A model generated the notes under the pieces. It made no database searches. It had not been told where the DNA came from and was given only the letters and a program-made list of their open reading frames with translations. 64,000 bases of DNA, from NCBI GenBank assembly GCA_042408215.1, contig JAYFMW010000020.1:288001-352000 (forward strand), read 5' to 3'. Of this stretch, positions 31,497 to 42,208 are shown in pieces (within the stretch, counting starts at the first letter, position 1; each line of letters starts with the position of its first letter). The position numbers were made by a program, and so were the translations under genes. The DNA is from Microcoleus sp. (GTDB lineage Bacteria; Cyanobacteriota; Cyanobacteriia; Cyanobacteriales; Microcoleaceae).

Positions 31497-31596
31497 TAAA
31501 TAGTCACCATGCCCAATTCCCAATGCCCCATGCCCCATGCCCAATGCCTCATGCCCCATGCCCCATGCCCCATGCCCCATGCCCCATGCCCGATGA

Positions 31597-31794
31597 TTAT
31601 TTAATATTAGCGATCGTGAAGCCCATTTGACACTCGTACCGATCGGGCAAATTTTCCGTAGGTTTGCTAACCGGATGGCCACAACGGAGCTCTCCACCAC
31701 TCCAGCGCGGTTGGCCAGTGCGATCGGCCAGCAAACAACCTTGGCAAACACACTGAGGGGCAAGCATCTGATTTTCCATTAAAATGACTAACAT
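31597..31794 (-). CDS. Small Cys-rich conserved cyanobacterial protein (65 aa)
   Basis: MLVILMENQ...VCQGCLLAD..GQPRW...LRCG...YECQMGF. Confidence 0.7.
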   Translation of the reverse strand: MLVILMENQMLAPQCVCQGCLLADRTGQPRWSGGELRCGHPVSKPTENLPDRYECQMGFTIANIK

Positions 31795-31967
31795 TTGATA
31801 CCTCCGGCAGGTTTCATACCAGTGATTACATTGTATGTCAGGACTTTGGAACAAAGAGCTTAACCTGAACACAATGTAATATTTATGTCAATGGGGCGAA
31901 ATCCGTAGTATCTTAAAAGATCGCAAATTCCCAATCCCCAATTTCTGAAGAGGTTGATTATTGTGAC

Positions 31968-32107
31968 CAAGAATTTCTTGGTGGTACAAGCCCCCGGATC
32001 GATCCGTGGAATCAATCCTTGCATCTAAAATCTCAAATTCTCAAGCCCCCGACTCGATCCGTGGGGTCAATCCAAAATCCAAAATCCAAAATCTAAAATC
32101 TAAAATC
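31968..32107 (+). repeat. Palindrome-associated mini-element (IS200/605-like ends) with (AAAATCY)n
   Basis: TGAC|CAAGAATTTCTTG.TGGTACAAGCCCC..GGAT..ATCCGTGG; second copy at 52018. Confidence 0.55.
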
Positions 32108-32109
32108 GA

Positions 32110-33393
32110 ATGACGGACTCTAACTTAGAATTTCTTGCCAAAACCGATCCGCTAATTTCCGATTTGATCGGGCAAGAACTCCAGCGCCAGCGAGATCATC
32201 TAGAGCTCATCGCCAGCGAAAACTTTACCTCGGCGGCGGTAATGGCAGCTCAAGGCTCTGTGCTGACAAATAAGTACGCCGAAGGATTACCAGGGAAACG
32301 CTACTACGGCGGCTGCGAATTTATTGACGGCATCGAGCAAATCGCGATCGACCGCGCCAAACAGCTATTTGGAGCAGCCCACGCCAACGTCCAGCCCCAC
32401 TCCGGCGCTCAAGCCAACTTTGCGGTGTTTTTGAGCTTGCTAGAGCCTGGGGACGGAATTATGGGCATGGATTTGTCCCACGGCGGACACTTAACCCACG
32501 GCTCACCGGTCAACGTATCCGGCAAATGGTTCAAAGCTTTTCACTACGGTGTCAGCAAAGAAACAGAACAGTTAGACTACGACGAAATTTTGGCACTGGC
32601 CAAAGAAAATCGACCGAAATTGCTAATTTGCGGCTACTCAGCTTATTCGCGAATTATCGACTTTGAGAAATTTAGAGCGATCGCCGACGAAATCGGGGCC
32701 TATCTGCTCGCCGACATCGCCCACATCGCCGGTTTGGTAGCCACAGGCCACCACCCCAGCCCGCTTCAACACTGTCATGCAGTCACCACTACCACTCACA
32801 AAACCCTGCGCGGGCCCAGAGGCGGTTTGATTTTGACAAATGACCCGGAACTTGGCAAAAAGTTCGACAAAGCAGTGTTTCCTGGTACTCAGGGCGGGCC
32901 TTTGGAACACGTCATTGCTGGTAAAGCAGTAGCTTTCGGCGAAGCATTAAAGCCAGAATTTAAAACTTATTCTGGTCAAGTAATTGAAAATGCGCGGGCT
33001 TTAGCTGCACAGTTGCAACAGCGGGGTTTGAAACTGGTTTCTGGTGGCACGGACAATCATTTAATGCTAGTTGATTTGCGATCGGTCAACATGACAGGCA
33101 AGCGAGCCGACCAATTAGTCAGCGGTGTGAATATTACAGCTAATAAAAATACCGTGCCTTTCGATCCTGCATCGCCCTTTGTTACCAGCGGTTTGAGACT
33201 TGGTTCGGCAGCGATGACAACCAGGGGAATGGGAACTACAGAATTTACCGAGATTGGTAATATTATTGCCGATCGACTGTTAAATCCTGAAGATGAAAGC
33301 GTTGCAGCCGAGTGCCTCCGACGGGTAGCAGCACTGTGCTCGCGCTTCCCCTTATATCCGCACCTGTACTCGAAAGTGCCGGCCTTGGCCTAA
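32110..33393 (+). CDS. glyA: Serine hydroxymethyltransferase
   Basis: [36 protein letters not shown]. Confidence 0.98.
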   Translation: MTDSNLEFLAKTDPLISDLIGQELQRQRDHLELIASENFTSAAVMAAQGSVLTNKYAEGLPGKRYYGGCEFIDGIEQIAIDRAKQLFGAAHANVQPHSGAQANFAVFLSLLEPGDGIMGMDLSHGGHLTHGSPVNVSGKWFKAFHYGVSKETEQLDYDEILALAKENRPKLLICGYSAYSRIIDFEKFRAIADEIGAYLLADIAHIAGLVATGHHPSPLQHCHAVTTTTHKTLRGPRGGLILTNDPELGKKFDKAVFPGTQGGPLEHVIAGKAVAFGEALKPEFKTYSGQVIENARALAAQLQQRGLKLVSGGTDNHLMLVDLRSVNMTGKRADQLVSGVNITANKNTVPFDPASPFVTSGLRLGSAAMTTRGMGTTEFTEIGNIIADRLLNPEDESVAAECLRRVAALCSRFPLYPHLYSKVPALA

Positions 33394-33867
33394 TTGTCCT
33401 GATCGGTGATGGGGAATTGGTAGTTGTGTGTAGACAGGTAAAGGGGTAAAACAGTAGGAGAATTTTGAGTGTTGCTTGCTGGCTTTTGGCTTCCGGTTTT
33501 TACTAAAGATCTTGGTCGCAGGGGCAGTTTTAATCAATAATATTTGTCGGGTGGGGCGAATTCGATCGCAGATATTTGTCGGTAGCGAAAGTTCTCGATC
33601 GACCAGCCCCTTTCGAGGGATAAAAAAAAATCCCCGCTCGATTAATAAATTAATTAGTCTCGATCGCCAGTTGTCAATAAACTGCTGTTAATTAGAGAGC
33701 GATCGGTAAAAAAAACATCACGAGCCGATCGCAACTAGCAACTCACAACTCTCCGGCGAACTTACCCCCAGTCGCTATTCAAAGATGTTTCCTTGTGACA
33801 AGCCATCTAAAATGTAGTAGACTCTGCCTCAAACCCTAATTGCCCGACACTACTTTACTAATTTCAG

Positions 33868-34923
33868 ATGCCTCACCATCTGTTTTACCACCTACTAGCC
33901 TTTATCGTTTCGGCGATCGTCGTCCTCTGGAGTACGCCAATAGTCAAAAAAATTGGTCTCAAGAGCGGGCGAGTCGATCGACCTGGCGATCGCAAAGTCC
34001 ACAAGCGCCCGATGGTACGCTTGGGAGGAGTCTCCATCTTTCTCGGCACTATCATTGCCCTCCTAATTGTCTGGCTCTCAGGAGGCTTCATCGATGCTAG
34101 CGGACAAGTTCTCAATCCCAAAGACGAATACGAAATTTGGGGAGTCACCCTCGGCGGCATCGGATTCTTCCTCATCGGTTTAGCAGACGATTTATTTTCG
34201 CTCTCGGCCTTAAAACGCTTGCTGATGCAAATTGGCGTATCCAGCATCGCTTGGTACGCGGGCGTACAAATTGAGTTTCTCACAGTTCCCTCCCTGGGGC
34301 TGACAGATCTGGGCTGGCTGAGTTTGCCAATTACCGTAATTTGGCTCGTCGGTATGGCCAACGCCATCAACTGGATTGATGGTTTGGACGGTTTAGCTGC
34401 TGGAGTTTCAGGGATTGCAGCAGTTGTGATGCTGATTGTCAGTCTGTCGATGAACCAACCAGCGGCGGCCCTGATTGCAGCAGCCTTAGCTGGCGGGACC
34501 TTGGGATTTCTGCGTTACAACTTCAATCCGGCTCAAATCTTTATGGGAGATGGAGGCGCTTATTTTATCGGCTTTACTCTCGCCGGAGTTGGAGTGATTG
34601 GGTTAGTTAAAACTACGGCTATAACTTCTGTATTGCTACCATATTTAATTTTAGCTGTACCGATTTTAGATATGTCCGCAGTAATTCTCGATCGACTCCG
34701 CAACGGCAAATCCCCGTTTATTGCTGACAAACGCCACCTCCACCACCGACTGCTAAATGCAGGATTATCCCATCGATTTGCGGTTTTGTTTATTTACGCT
34801 CTGACGCTGTGGGTGGGAAGTTTAGCCCTAGCTTTTTCGATTCCCAGCGGCATAATTTACGCCTTGGGAGCCACAAGTTTGCTGGGATACGCTAGCTGGA
34901 AAGTTTGGAGGCACGCTCGATAG
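33868..34923 (+). CDS. MraY/WecA-family glycosyltransferase (UDP-GlcNAc:undecaprenyl-P transferase)
   Basis: GLADD, NAINWIDGLDGLA, IFMGDGG, DKRHLHHRL. Confidence 0.92.
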   Translation: MPHHLFYHLLAFIVSAIVVLWSTPIVKKIGLKSGRVDRPGDRKVHKRPMVRLGGVSIFLGTIIALLIVWLSGGFIDASGQVLNPKDEYEIWGVTLGGIGFFLIGLADDLFSLSALKRLLMQIGVSSIAWYAGVQIEFLTVPSLGLTDLGWLSLPITVIWLVGMANAINWIDGLDGLAAGVSGIAAVVMLIVSLSMNQPAAALIAAALAGGTLGFLRYNFNPAQIFMGDGGAYFIGFTLAGVGVIGLVKTTAITSVLLPYLILAVPILDMSAVILDRLRNGKSPFIADKRHLHHRLLNAGLSHRFAVLFIYALTLWVGSLALAFSIPSGIIYALGATSLLGYASWKVWRHAR

Positions 34924-35405
34924 TCATTAGTCATTAGTCATTAGTTGTTAGTCATTAGTCAGTAGTCAGTAGTCATTAGTCATTAGTCATTAGTCAATAG
35001 TCAGTAGTCATTAGTCAGTAGTCATTAGTCAGTAGTCATTAGTCAGTAGTCATTAGTCATTAGTCATTAGTTGTGAGTTGTGAGTTGTTGGTTGTGAGTC
35101 ATTAGTTGTGAGTTGTTGGTTGTTAGTTGTTTGTTCTAATCACCAAGGCCCAATGCTTTTCGGCCCAATTGCCAATGCCCAATTGCCAATGCCCCATGCC
35201 CAATGCCCAATTGCCAATGCCCAATGCTTTTCGGCCCAAGTTGTTAGTCATTAGTTGTTAGTCATTAGTTGTTAGTTGTTGGTTGTTAGTTGTTGGTTGT
35301 TAGTTGTTGGTTCTAATCACCAATGCCCAATGCCCGATGCCCGATGCCCAATGCCCGATGCCCAATTGCCCAATCCAAAATCCAAAATCCAAAATCTAAA
35401 ATCAA
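34921..35405. repeat. Mixed STRR heptamer arrays
   Basis: (TAGTCAT)n, (TTGTTAG)n, (CCCAATG)n and (AAAATCC)n. Confidence 0.85.
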
Positions 35406-35410
35406 ATCGA

Positions 35411-36667
35411 ATGGTTGCTGAAATTATTTGTGTTGGCACTGAATTGCTGTTAGGCGATATTCTCAATAGCAATTCTCAGTTTTTAGCCAAGGAGTTAGCT
35501 AGTTTGGGAATTCCTCACTACTATCAAACAGTGGTGGGGGATAATCCCGATCGCATTAAACAGGTGTTAGAAATAGCTGTAGGGCGATCGCAACTACTGT
35601 TGTTTACAGGAGGCCTCGGCCCGACACCAGACGACCTCACCGTCGAAACTATCGCCGATTTTTTTGGCGTTCCCCTAATCGAAAGGCCGGAAATTATCGC
35701 CGACATCGAACAAAAATTTGCTCAGCGGGGGCGCACCATGAGCCCCAGCAACCGCAAACAAGCTTTAATTCCCGAAGGTGCGGATATTTTGCCCAACCGC
35801 AGCGGTTCTGCACCGGGGATTATTTGGCAGCCGATTCCCAACGTGACAGTGATGACATTTCCCGGCGTACCGGCGGAAATGCACTTGATGTGGCGAGAAA
35901 CCGCCGTTTCTTACCTGAAAAATAAGGGATGGTGCTGTGGAACTATTTACAGCCGCACATTGAAATTTTGGGGCATTGCTGAGTCGGCCCTCGCTGAAAA
36001 AGTAGATGATTTTCTCAATTTAACTAATCCTACTGTTGCTCCCTACGCCAATCATGGCGAGGTCAAACTGCGAATTTCGGCTCGCGCTGAATCGGAAGCA
36101 TCGGCGAAAAACTTGATTGAGCCGATCGAACAACAGTTGCGACAAATCGCCGGTTTAGACTGTTACGGTGCTGATACCGATACCCTCGCTTCTACTGTCG
36201 GCCAATTGTTACTCGATCGCGGGGAAACTCTCAGCGTAGCTGAATCCTGCACGGGAGGAGGATTGGGGGCGATGCTGACTGCTGTTGCCGGCAGTTCGGG
36301 CTACTTTTTGGGCGGGGTGATTTCCTATGACGATCGGGTGAAGGAAAAATTATTGGGTGTCAAGCCGGAAGATTTAAGCGAATATGGTGCTGTCAGCCAC
36401 CAAGTGGCAAAACAAATGGCCGCAGTCGTGCGATCGAGCCTTAACACCAGTTGGGGATTGAGCATTACAGGTATTGCTGGGCCTGGAGGTGCCACTGACG
36501 CTAAACCTGTCGGACTGGTTTATATCGGTTTAGCGGCGCCAAATGGCGATTCCCACAGTTTTGAATACCGCTTCGGCGATGCGCGAGGCCGCGATTGGAT
36601 TAGAAATCTCAGTATTTGTACGGCTCTCGATCGACTCCGCCGGTATGCGATCGAAGAGTATTGTTGA
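35411..36667 (+). CDS. cinA: Competence/damage-inducible protein A (CinA with PncC domain)
   Basis: AEIICVGTELLLG, GGLGPTPDDLT, AESCTGG, SITGIAGPGG; start ATG 35411. Confidence 0.93.
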   Translation: MVAEIICVGTELLLGDILNSNSQFLAKELASLGIPHYYQTVVGDNPDRIKQVLEIAVGRSQLLLFTGGLGPTPDDLTVETIADFFGVPLIERPEIIADIEQKFAQRGRTMSPSNRKQALIPEGADILPNRSGSAPGIIWQPIPNVTVMTFPGVPAEMHLMWRETAVSYLKNKGWCCGTIYSRTLKFWGIAESALAEKVDDFLNLTNPTVAPYANHGEVKLRISARAESEASAKNLIEPIEQQLRQIAGLDCYGADTDTLASTVGQLLLDRGETLSVAESCTGGGLGAMLTAVAGSSGYFLGGVISYDDRVKEKLLGVKPEDLSEYGAVSHQVAKQMAAVVRSSLNTSWGLSITGIAGPGGATDAKPVGLVYIGLAAPNGDSHSFEYRFGDARGRDWIRNLSICTALDRLRRYAIEEYC

Positions 36668-36977
36668 CCAAAGGCTATAAAATATCAAGCGAATTGTCAA
36701 TTGTCAATAGTTAAAAACGATCTTAAGATTTATTTAATGTTCTTCATTCCGAAAGAGTGCGGCAATTTTCGGCTTTCCTCTTGATTATCTGTAAAGATTC
36801 GTTATGATAATAAGGTAAGACTGATTTGCAAATACACTGACTCTCTCCGTTGCTCAAAACAACATCCCGAGAGAAAGCAGGTTTGACTCTGGCTTTCAAA
36901 GTTGGGCTTGCTTATTTTCAGAGATTTCACCGTCGGTTCAGAAATCAAGACCATAAAAAAAAGGAGCTATCCGTTCA

Positions 36978-37115
36978 ATGGAAGACATTGAAAAGGTGCT
37001 GGAACAAATTAAAGAATGGGTTCGCAAGCTGATAGAAGGACTGCTGAATCCAGATGCTCAACCGGAACTGGAACCTATTCCGATTCCAGTCAACCAACCG
37101 AGATATCGCCGGTAG
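36978..37115 (+). CDS. Small 45-aa protein not in the ORF track (MEDIEKVLEQIKEWVRKLIEGLLNPDAQPELEPIPIPVNQPRYRR)
   Basis: AAGGAG upstream; amphipathic helix followed by a PIPIPV tail. Confidence 0.65.
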   Translation: MEDIEKVLEQIKEWVRKLIEGLLNPDAQPELEPIPIPVNQPRYRR

Positions 37116-37213
37116 TCTGGACTGGATTTGAGGTTTGAGACTTGAGATTTGAAACTGGTTCTAAACCTAAAATCAAAACTCTCAATACTTTTGTTGCGCT
37201 GGAATTTTGAAAA

Positions 37214-37654
37214 TTGTTAAATATCCTGGTACTGCACGGCCCTAATCTAAATCTATTGGGTCAGCGAGAACCTGGAATGTATGGTTCTGCAACTTTAAAT
37301 GAGATCAACAATTTGCTAGAGCAAGAAGCGGACTTGCTCCGGGTGAAAGTCTCAATCCAGCAGTCTAATCACGAAGGAGTCTTGGTGGATTCCATTCACT
37401 CGATGTTAGGGCACCATCAAGGTTTGTTGATTAATGCTGGAGCTTATACTCATACGAGTGTGGCAATTAGGGATGCGATCGCAGCGGTGAATCTCCCTGC
37501 GGTAGAAGTTCATCTGAGCAACATTTATCGGCGGGAAGCTTTTCGGCACCACTCGTTTATAGCAGCGGTGGCGATCGGGCAAATCAGCGGTTTTGGCTCA
37601 GATAGTTATCGCCTAGGGCTGCAAGCTCTAGTTAGTCACTTGAAGAAAAATTAA
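37214..37654 (+). CDS. aroQ: Type II 3-dehydroquinate dehydratase
   Basis: [45 protein letters not shown]. Confidence 0.96.
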   Translation: MLNILVLHGPNLNLLGQREPGMYGSATLNEINNLLEQEADLLRVKVSIQQSNHEGVLVDSIHSMLGHHQGLLINAGAYTHTSVAIRDAIAAVNLPAVEVHLSNIYRREAFRHHSFIAAVAIGQISGFGSDSYRLGLQALVSHLKKN

Positions 37655-37954
37655 AAATTTACCGATGATGGCGATCGTCGGATGAGGGTGGGTTTTTTGA
37701 TGAAGAAGCCAGCCCTTATATGTTTGGGCTTAATTCAAAGTAAACAGATTTCAAAAATATAGCCGGAACTGGAAGGAAAAAGGAAGAAGGAAGAAGCAAG
37801 AACACGGATTTTGACACGGATACACGGATTAATTATCGAGGGTGAGTCAGAAGTCAGATGTTGAAGGAAGAAGGAAGAAGTCGATGCGATCGGGCAATTC
37901 CCCGCAAGGGTTTCAGGAATTAATAAGGTCTGGTGGAACCTGGTTGCTATAAGA

Positions 37955-38041
37955 AATAACCAACAACAAATAACAAATAACAAATAACAAATAACAAATA
38001 ACAAATAACAAATAACAAATAACAAATAACAAATAACAAAT
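37955..38041. repeat. STRR (TAACAAA)n
   Basis: About 11 tandem copies directly before the next ATG. Confidence 0.9.
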
Positions 38042-39187
38042 ATGCGCCATTCCCTGTTAAGCAAGTTTCAAGGAGTCTTACTGGGCTCGGCTTTAGGAGA
38101 CTTGATCGGCGATCGATGCCAAAGCCAACTCCTGGGTATTTCCCCACAAACAGCAGAATTGTGGCCGATTGTCAAGCTGACTAAACACCAAAAGTTGCCG
38201 CTAAATGGGAGGATGTCGGAATTGAAGTCTGTGAATGGCAAAGTCCAAATTGGCAAAAACTCATCCGAGTGCGGGAGGCTTGCTGTTGCTTGTGCTAAAA
38301 GTTTAATTCGGTGCAATGGTTTAGATTTAAAAGATTGGCGTGACACTTGGGAAGTATTTGCCTCCTCAGAACATTACCAGCAGCAGATTGCGGAATGTCA
38401 AAGCATACTGCACCCTGGTGAAGCTGCGGTGGCTGCGTTACCAGCAGCTATGTTTTTTCATGAAAATCAAGCCAAGTTGCGAGAAAAACTCATGCTCGCG
38501 ACAGAGGTGTGGCAGAACCAAAACGCGCCAGAATGGGAAACAGGAGTTTTAGCAGTAGGATACGCGATCGCCCGATCGCTCAAAGACAAACTTGACCCCG
38601 CCACAGCAATTGTGAACACAATTACTTACCTGGGAACCGATAATGCCTTAACAGAGCTGCTTTCCCAAGTACAAATGCTATTAGAACAGGAAGCCGATTT
38701 AGAAAGAGCCGTAAATCACCTCTGCAAGAGCGGAACAGCTTGGCAAACAAGGCAGAGTGAGGGTGAAAAAAAATCACAAACAAACTCAATTGTCAACCCT
38801 ACAAGTTTCATCCCGATCGCGATCGCTTTTTACTGCTTTCTGAGCACCCCAGAAGACTTGCGGTTGTCCGTGGTCCGGGCTGCGCGGTGTGGTGCTGGGC
38901 AATTAACCTGTGCTCTGACGGGAGCTTTGTCTGGAGCGTACAACGGTACTGTCGCGATTCCCGTAGAATGGCGACAGGCAATCTCGGCTGGGGTTGAATG
39001 CCTGGTGCTAGATGAGGGTGGAGAGTCCTCGGTCTGGGGAACCAGCAGTGATGGGAAAATTGTAGAGTTAGCAAATAACCTGTTTGCTGTTTGGGCTGGA
39101 GTTTACACTCCCTGCGACGGCGCGCGATCGGCAGCCCGGTTTCCGGTGGTGACAGCACCTTATGTAATTAGACCGCATAAAATATAA
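38042..39187 (+). CDS. ADP-ribosylglycohydrolase-like protein (degenerate motifs)
   Basis: KFQGVLLGSALGD..G N-terminus; ALTGALSGAYNG..AIP.EW. Confidence 0.75.
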   Translation: MRHSLLSKFQGVLLGSALGDLIGDRCQSQLLGISPQTAELWPIVKLTKHQKLPLNGRMSELKSVNGKVQIGKNSSECGRLAVACAKSLIRCNGLDLKDWRDTWEVFASSEHYQQQIAECQSILHPGEAAVAALPAAMFFHENQAKLREKLMLATEVWQNQNAPEWETGVLAVGYAIARSLKDKLDPATAIVNTITYLGTDNALTELLSQVQMLLEQEADLERAVNHLCKSGTAWQTRQSEGEKKSQTNSIVNPTSFIPIAIAFYCFLSTPEDLRLSVVRAARCGAGQLTCALTGALSGAYNGTVAIPVEWRQAISAGVECLVLDEGGESSVWGTSSDGKIVELANNLFAVWAGVYTPCDGARSAARFPVVTAPYVIRPHKI

Positions 39188-39382
39188 ATTTGTGAGATTT
39201 TAAGTAGGGATAAATCCAGATTCAAACTGGAATTGAAGCAAAAATAGGTCGAAGTTTTATAGAGGTTGGCAAACCAGCAATTAACAATTAACCAGGGGAA
39301 TGGGAGGGAGAGGGATAATTAACAATAAAAAAATCAAAATTAAAGATTGGGATGGAAAGGAAAGCAGAAGTAGAACCAAGAG

Positions 39383-39504
39383 AGGGCAGGGCAATGCCGA
39401 TGCCCCTAGGTCTGAGGGCACGGCAATGCCGATGCCCCTAGGTCTGAGGGCACGGCAATGCCGATGCCCCTACGGGTCGGGCACGGCAATGCCGATGCCC
39501 CTAC
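39383..39504. repeat. Tandem ~32-bp REP-hairpin array (4 copies)
   Basis: GGGCACGGCAATGCCGATGCCCCTA units. Confidence 0.85.
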
Positions 39505-39536
39505 GGCTGAATAAAAGTCATATATCTTCGACATAA

Positions 39537-42137
39537 ATGAATACGCTCTCCTCGTTGATGCGGCAGATTGAGCAGCTAGGGCCTGCGCGCTCGCTGCGGC
39601 AACACATTGCTAAGATGCACAATCGTGGCATGAAAGCAGATCCCGATCGCCCTGGCGGGAGTCTCCTGAACGGTTGGCTGCGCTCGACCTCCGCTCGACT
39701 TGATAGTTTTACTCCTTCTCAAAGTAAAACTTCCAAATCGTACCTCAAAAATCCAGCTCGTTCCCCCCTATTGCTGCTGATAGCAGTAGTTTCCCTCAGC
39801 AGCACTCTTGGGCACCGCTTCTATAACCAGCCGAAACTGGATGTGGGAACCTTATCTCCTCAAACGATTAAGGCACCACGGACGGCAAGCATTGCGGATT
39901 ACAAAACGACAGAAGAGCAGCGGACAACTGCGCGGATAGGGGCTGTAGCGATCTTGAGGCTCGATCCGGCGGTCGATCGCCAAATCGATCGAGAATTGCA
40001 ACTATTTTTGCAACAGGGCAACGAAATGCGCTCTGCTGCTGGATCGTTTCCGTTGGTGTCCTCTTCGATCCTCTCAACGGCGGTTCAGCTTTACCTGCGG
40101 GGCTGTGCGGAGTGGGAGTGGCGATCGATTTTGGCGCAAGTAGGTGACGACGGTGCAACTTCTGGGCGGTTGAGTTGGGAGTCGCCGGGAACTCCTGCAC
40201 AGACGGGGAACCAATCTCAGCAGGATGCTGTGGCTCAACTGCAAGCTTACAGTCGATCGGTCTCTTCATCAGAATTCAAAAGCCTGACAGACAGTATCGA
40301 CTTAGCTCGCAGGCGCTATCTCAATACTTTGGATGCTATGGCCAAACAATCAGTTTCCGGGTACGGACTAATTTACGATACTTCGCTGTTTGATTTGTCC
40401 GATGCAGCTTGGCAAGAAACCCAAACGGGTATCAGTTTGGCGGCAAAAATGATGCTGGCTCAAGGTATCCCCCAGGGGTTGCCGAAAGAGGTTTTGAAGG
40501 AAGCGGCGAGACTGCAAGTCAGGGAGCGAGTGCCTTCTGTTTCCCAAGCTTTGGCGGTTGAGGCTTTAACGGCGATTTTGCAGCCAAATCTGGTTAGAGA
40601 TCCCGAGGGAACCAAACAGCTAGCTGAATTGGCTGCGAAAAAGGTGAAACCGGTGACGATCGTCGTGGAGCAAGGCGAGACAATTGTGGCAGAAGGAGAG
40701 ATCATTTCTGGGCAAGATTTCGTGTTGCTGGATTATTTTGGTTTAAGCAGGCGGGGAGTGAATTGGCTGGGGCTGGCGGGGTTTGTGTGCTTAGTCGGTG
40801 GGGCCATTGCGATCGTACTGCTGGTAGAGAGGCATTACCGCTTGCGCCGGAGAGATCATTTGCTGCTGTTGTTGTTGACTTTGAGCGCGCCGGTGCTGGT
40901 GAGTTTGGGGCTGCCTTGGACGAGTTTGCCCGCGATCGGCATATTAGCCGGTGGCTTCTACGGTTCGGCGGTGGGAGTGACTGTGGTGGGGCTGCTGTCG
41001 GTGGTGCTACCCATTGGCTTGGAACTTGACTTGATCCATTTGGTGGCTAGCGCGGCGGCGGGATTGCTGGGTGCTTTCATGTCGGGGCGGCTGCGATCGC
41101 GCGAGGAATTGGCTCTTTTGGGCGTGGCGATCGGCTTGACTCAGAGCATGATTTATCTCCTGGGGACTTTAATTGCCAGCGCTGCTTCGGGTTCAATTTG
41201 GTACGTTTTGCTCGGTAGCGTGGGTTCCCAAGGTTTAGCCGGTTTGGCTTGGAGTGTTGTGGCGATCGGCTTGAGCCCTTATTTAGAACACGTTTTTGAT
41301 TTGATTACACCGATCCGACTGGCGGAATTGGCCAATCCCAACCGCCCGCTGTTGAAGAAGTTGGCAGCAGAGGCTCCGGGGACTTTTCAGCACACGCTGT
41401 TTGTGGCTAGTTTAGCGGAGGCGGCGGCGCGGGAACTCGGCTGCAATGTGGAGCTGGTCAGGACTGGGACATTATACCACGATATTGGAAAAATGCACGA
41501 TCCGATCGGATTTTGCGAGAATCAAATGGGCGGCGTCAATAAACATGATGAAATGAATGACCCTTGGGCGAGTGCTGATCTGATTAAAAAGCACGTTAGC
41601 GAAGGGTTGGTGATGGCGCGCAAGCATCGATTACCTAAAACGATTCAGGCATTTATCCCGGAACACCAAGGAACAATGTTGATCGCGTATTTCTATCACC
41701 AAGCGCTGCAAAGTGTTGCTCAAGAGGCTGCTCAAGAAGCTGCTCAAGAAGCTGCTCAAGAAGCTGCTCAAGAAACAGCAGATTTAAAGAATACTTTAAC
41801 CGATGCTGAAAGTCCAAAATTGAAATTTAAAACTCGTGAAGTGAGGGAGGAGGATTTTCGTTATGACGGGCCAATTCCGCAGTCGCGGGAAACGGGGATT
41901 TTGATGGTGGCGGATTCTTGTGAGGCGGCTTTGCGATCGCTCAAGGATGCCACCCATGAAGAGGCTTTGAACATGGTTAATAAGATTTTGAGGGCTCGCT
42001 GGCAGGATAATCAGTTGATTGATTCGGGTTTAACGCGGGAGGATATGGCTCTAATTGCGGAGATTTTTGTGCGGGTTTGGGAACAGTTCAATCATAAGCG
42101 TATTGCTTATCCTAGTGCGGTTTTTACTTCTAGATAA
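39537..42137 (+). CDS. 7TM-HD (HDIG) family metal-dependent phosphohydrolase, PgpH-like
   Basis: APGTFQH, YHDIGK, KKHV.EG, EHQGT, FRYDGP.PQSRE, ADSCEAA; seven hydrophobic segments. Confidence 0.9.
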   Translation: MNTLSSLMRQIEQLGPARSLRQHIAKMHNRGMKADPDRPGGSLLNGWLRSTSARLDSFTPSQSKTSKSYLKNPARSPLLLLIAVVSLSSTLGHRFYNQPKLDVGTLSPQTIKAPRTASIADYKTTEEQRTTARIGAVAILRLDPAVDRQIDRELQLFLQQGNEMRSAAGSFPLVSSSILSTAVQLYLRGCAEWEWRSILAQVGDDGATSGRLSWESPGTPAQTGNQSQQDAVAQLQAYSRSVSSSEFKSLTDSIDLARRRYLNTLDAMAKQSVSGYGLIYDTSLFDLSDAAWQETQTGISLAAKMMLAQGIPQGLPKEVLKEAARLQVRERVPSVSQALAVEALTAILQPNLVRDPEGTKQLAELAAKKVKPVTIVVEQGETIVAEGEIISGQDFVLLDYFGLSRRGVNWLGLAGFVCLVGGAIAIVLLVERHYRLRRRDHLLLLLLTLSAPVLVSLGLPWTSLPAIGILAGGFYGSAVGVTVVGLLSVVLPIGLELDLIHLVASAAAGLLGAFMSGRLRSREELALLGVAIGLTQSMIYLLGTLIASAASGSIWYVLLGSVGSQGLAGLAWSVVAIGLSPYLEHVFDLITPIRLAELANPNRPLLKKLAAEAPGTFQHTLFVASLAEAAARELGCNVELVRTGTLYHDIGKMHDPIGFCENQMGGVNKHDEMNDPWASADLIKKHVSEGLVMARKHRLPKTIQAFIPEHQGTMLIAYFYHQALQSVAQEAAQEAAQEAAQEAAQETADLKNTLTDAESPKLKFKTREVREEDFRYDGPIPQSRETGILMVADSCEAALRSLKDATHEEALNMVNKILRARWQDNQLIDSGLTREDMALIAEIFVRVWEQFNHKRIAYPSAVFTSR

Positions 42138-42208
42138 GGGGAATTTGGATGGAAAGAGGTTTTTAACCGCAGATGAACGCGGATAAACGCAGATTTTTGA
42201 TGTTGATT

